Source of the DNA: an uncultured virus (IMG/VR IMGVR_UViG_3300042484_000728)
Taxonomy: Duplodnaviria > Heunggongvirae > Uroviricota > Caudoviricetes
Length of the DNA stretch: 20,000 nucleotides
IMG/VR virus record: IMGVR_UViG_3300042484_000728
Reading direction: 5' to 3' (one strand)
Below the pieces are notes generated by a model, which worked only from the letters and a program-made list of their open reading frames with translations, did no database searches and was not told the origin of the DNA. The first letter of the stretch is position 1. Every line of letters begins with the position of its first letter. Positions 18,801 to 20,000 of the stretch are shown here, in pieces. A program made the position numbers and the translations under genes.

Positions 18801-19657
18801 ATCAATATCAAGCACAGCAAGGATTTTTTACTATTGCACAGAATACCTTAGATGTGGATTATCTGCGCCTAGCATACTTGCAAGCTCTGAGCATTAAGAT
18901 AACTATGCCAGGTAGTTTGTATGCAGTAGCAGTTGATCAAGCTACCTTAGAGCTAGTGACAGATGAGCATCGCAAGGTATTCGACTATGTTACTACCATT
19001 GAGAACGACGAAGCAGCTAACGTTGAATGGAAATTGTCTAATGAATGGCAGGCGTTTTATCTAACGCCGTTTAAAGAAACAATCAAATTAGAAAGCGACA
19101 TTGTATTCACTCGTAGCATAGCGCATTGGTGGACTACGTTTAGACTTAAAAACATTGTACTTGGCCAAGGATGTAGAGATTATCTAGGCAAACTCAGTGA
19201 TGACAGAACATATAGACAAGTGTTCGATGACAACCAACTACCTGATGTTTATAATGGCATTATGTATTTCCGTTATAGCCAAGAAGCCGCAGAGTTCTTT
19301 TGGTATGCTCGACAGATATTTCAAAACTGGACTACGGTTAAAGATACCTTAATTAAGTGTTATGACGAACAGCCAACTACTGATGTAGTGTATGCCCTAG
19401 CTGCAAAGATTGTGGGAGAAGAAGTCTGTACTATACCTGGTGTAGATTTTATTAACTTTACACATATGAAGCCAAAAATTAATAAGTTTAGTACAGCAAC
19501 ACCGTGGCATAATTTAGTAGTGTATGAGACCCCTGTGCCAATGGTTAGAATTAATAACATTAATCAATACCATCCCTTGCACTATCAAGATAAAGCATGG
19601 GTTACAGACGAACTAATCAAGGAGTATGCAGATGAATTCGCAAGAATGGTTAGATGA
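18788..19657 (+). CDS. Second GT-A fold glycosyltransferase, paralog of the upstream gene (ExD variant)
   Basis: QGFFTIAQN..DYLRLA, TPFKETIKLESD (ESD at 19091-19099), YNGIMYFR, TTDVVYALA and FTHMK align with the motifs of the upstream gene. Confidence 0.7.
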   Translation: MRKVDQYQAQQGFFTIAQNTLDVDYLRLAYLQALSIKITMPGSLYAVAVDQATLELVTDEHRKVFDYVTTIENDEAANVEWKLSNEWQAFYLTPFKETIKLESDIVFTRSIAHWWTTFRLKNIVLGQGCRDYLGKLSDDRTYRQVFDDNQLPDVYNGIMYFRYSQEAAEFFWYARQIFQNWTTVKDTLIKCYDEQPTTDVVYALAAKIVGEEVCTIPGVDFINFTHMKPKINKFSTATPWHNLVVYETPVPMVRINNINQYHPLHYQDKAWVTDELIKEYADEFARMVR

Positions 19658-19994
19658 GTTTAACTCTGCTATGGCCGCCATGGCTATTGTACCGGAACCT
19701 ATAGAATATCGCTTACACTATGACGAAACTGGTGCTATTCATATGTGTAGTATGCAGAAACATCCAGAAAGTGAACAATATATCGTAGTTGATCGAGAAA
19801 CATATAACAACTATACTCAATATCATGTAGATATTGTGAAAAAACGATTAATAAAGATTGACATGAACCCTGGTGTGAGTGTACAATTAAAGCGTAGTAA
19901 TCAAGGATTTAAAACTGTAAAACATCATGCTGGCCTAATCTTAGAGCTAGATGAAACCTATGATAGTGTAGAATATTATGAGCCAAATAGTTGA
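19626..19994 (+). CDS. Hypothetical protein (122 aa)
   Basis: ORF overlapping both neighbours in the compact cluster. No recognisable motif. Confidence 0.6.
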   Translation: MQMNSQEWLDEFNSAMAAMAIVPEPIEYRLHYDETGAIHMCSMQKHPESEQYIVVDRETYNNYTQYHVDIVKKRLIKIDMNPGVSVQLKRSNQGFKTVKHHAGLILELDETYDSVEYYEPNS

Positions 19995-20000
19995 TATAGC
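19978..20000 (+). CDS. Possible start of the next gene (MSQIVDIA..., truncated by the window end)
   Basis: The ATG overlaps the end of the previous ORF in the same way as the other genes in the cluster. Only about 8 codons are visible. Confidence 0.35.

Noticed and set aside
506..19560. Short minus-strand ORFs and the + strand 10713..10964 ORF
   Set aside because: All lie essentially within longer, motif-bearing + strand genes and show no recognisable features. They are shadow ORFs.
1..20000. Stop-codon reassignment as seen in some large phages
   Set aside because: Long ORFs are intact in the standard code, and TAA, TAG and TGA all occur at plausible gene ends.
1..20000. CRISPR array, tRNA, intron/intein, or invertible fibre cassette
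   Set aside because: Intergenic gaps are under 60 nt. I saw no spaced direct repeats, cloverleaf, intein motifs, recombinase gene or inverted gene segments.

Overview
AT-rich segment of a large tailed-phage genome, probably a jumbo myophage. All credible genes lie on the + strand in the standard code. The window opens inside a giant virion protein (3..10508, at least 3501 aa, open beyond the left edge). It has baseplate-wedge-like motifs, seven FG-GAP-like blades interrupted by inserted modules, two short Trp/Tyr CBM-like modules and a C-terminal Ig-like domain. Next come a 46-aa mini-ORF missed by the ORF track that mimics the N-terminus of the following gene, a probable baseplate protein, three paralogous tail fibre/spike genes (the last with a peptidase-G2-like chaperone), a gp38-like adhesin lacking polyglycine tracts, and another structural gene. 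A combined terminator/promoter element then precedes an overlapping gene cluster with two paralogous GT-A glycosyltransferases. The main hypothesis is a phage-encoded virion glycosylation system acting on the Asn/Ser/Thr-rich tail apparatus. All family assignments come from reading motifs by eye, not from database searches.
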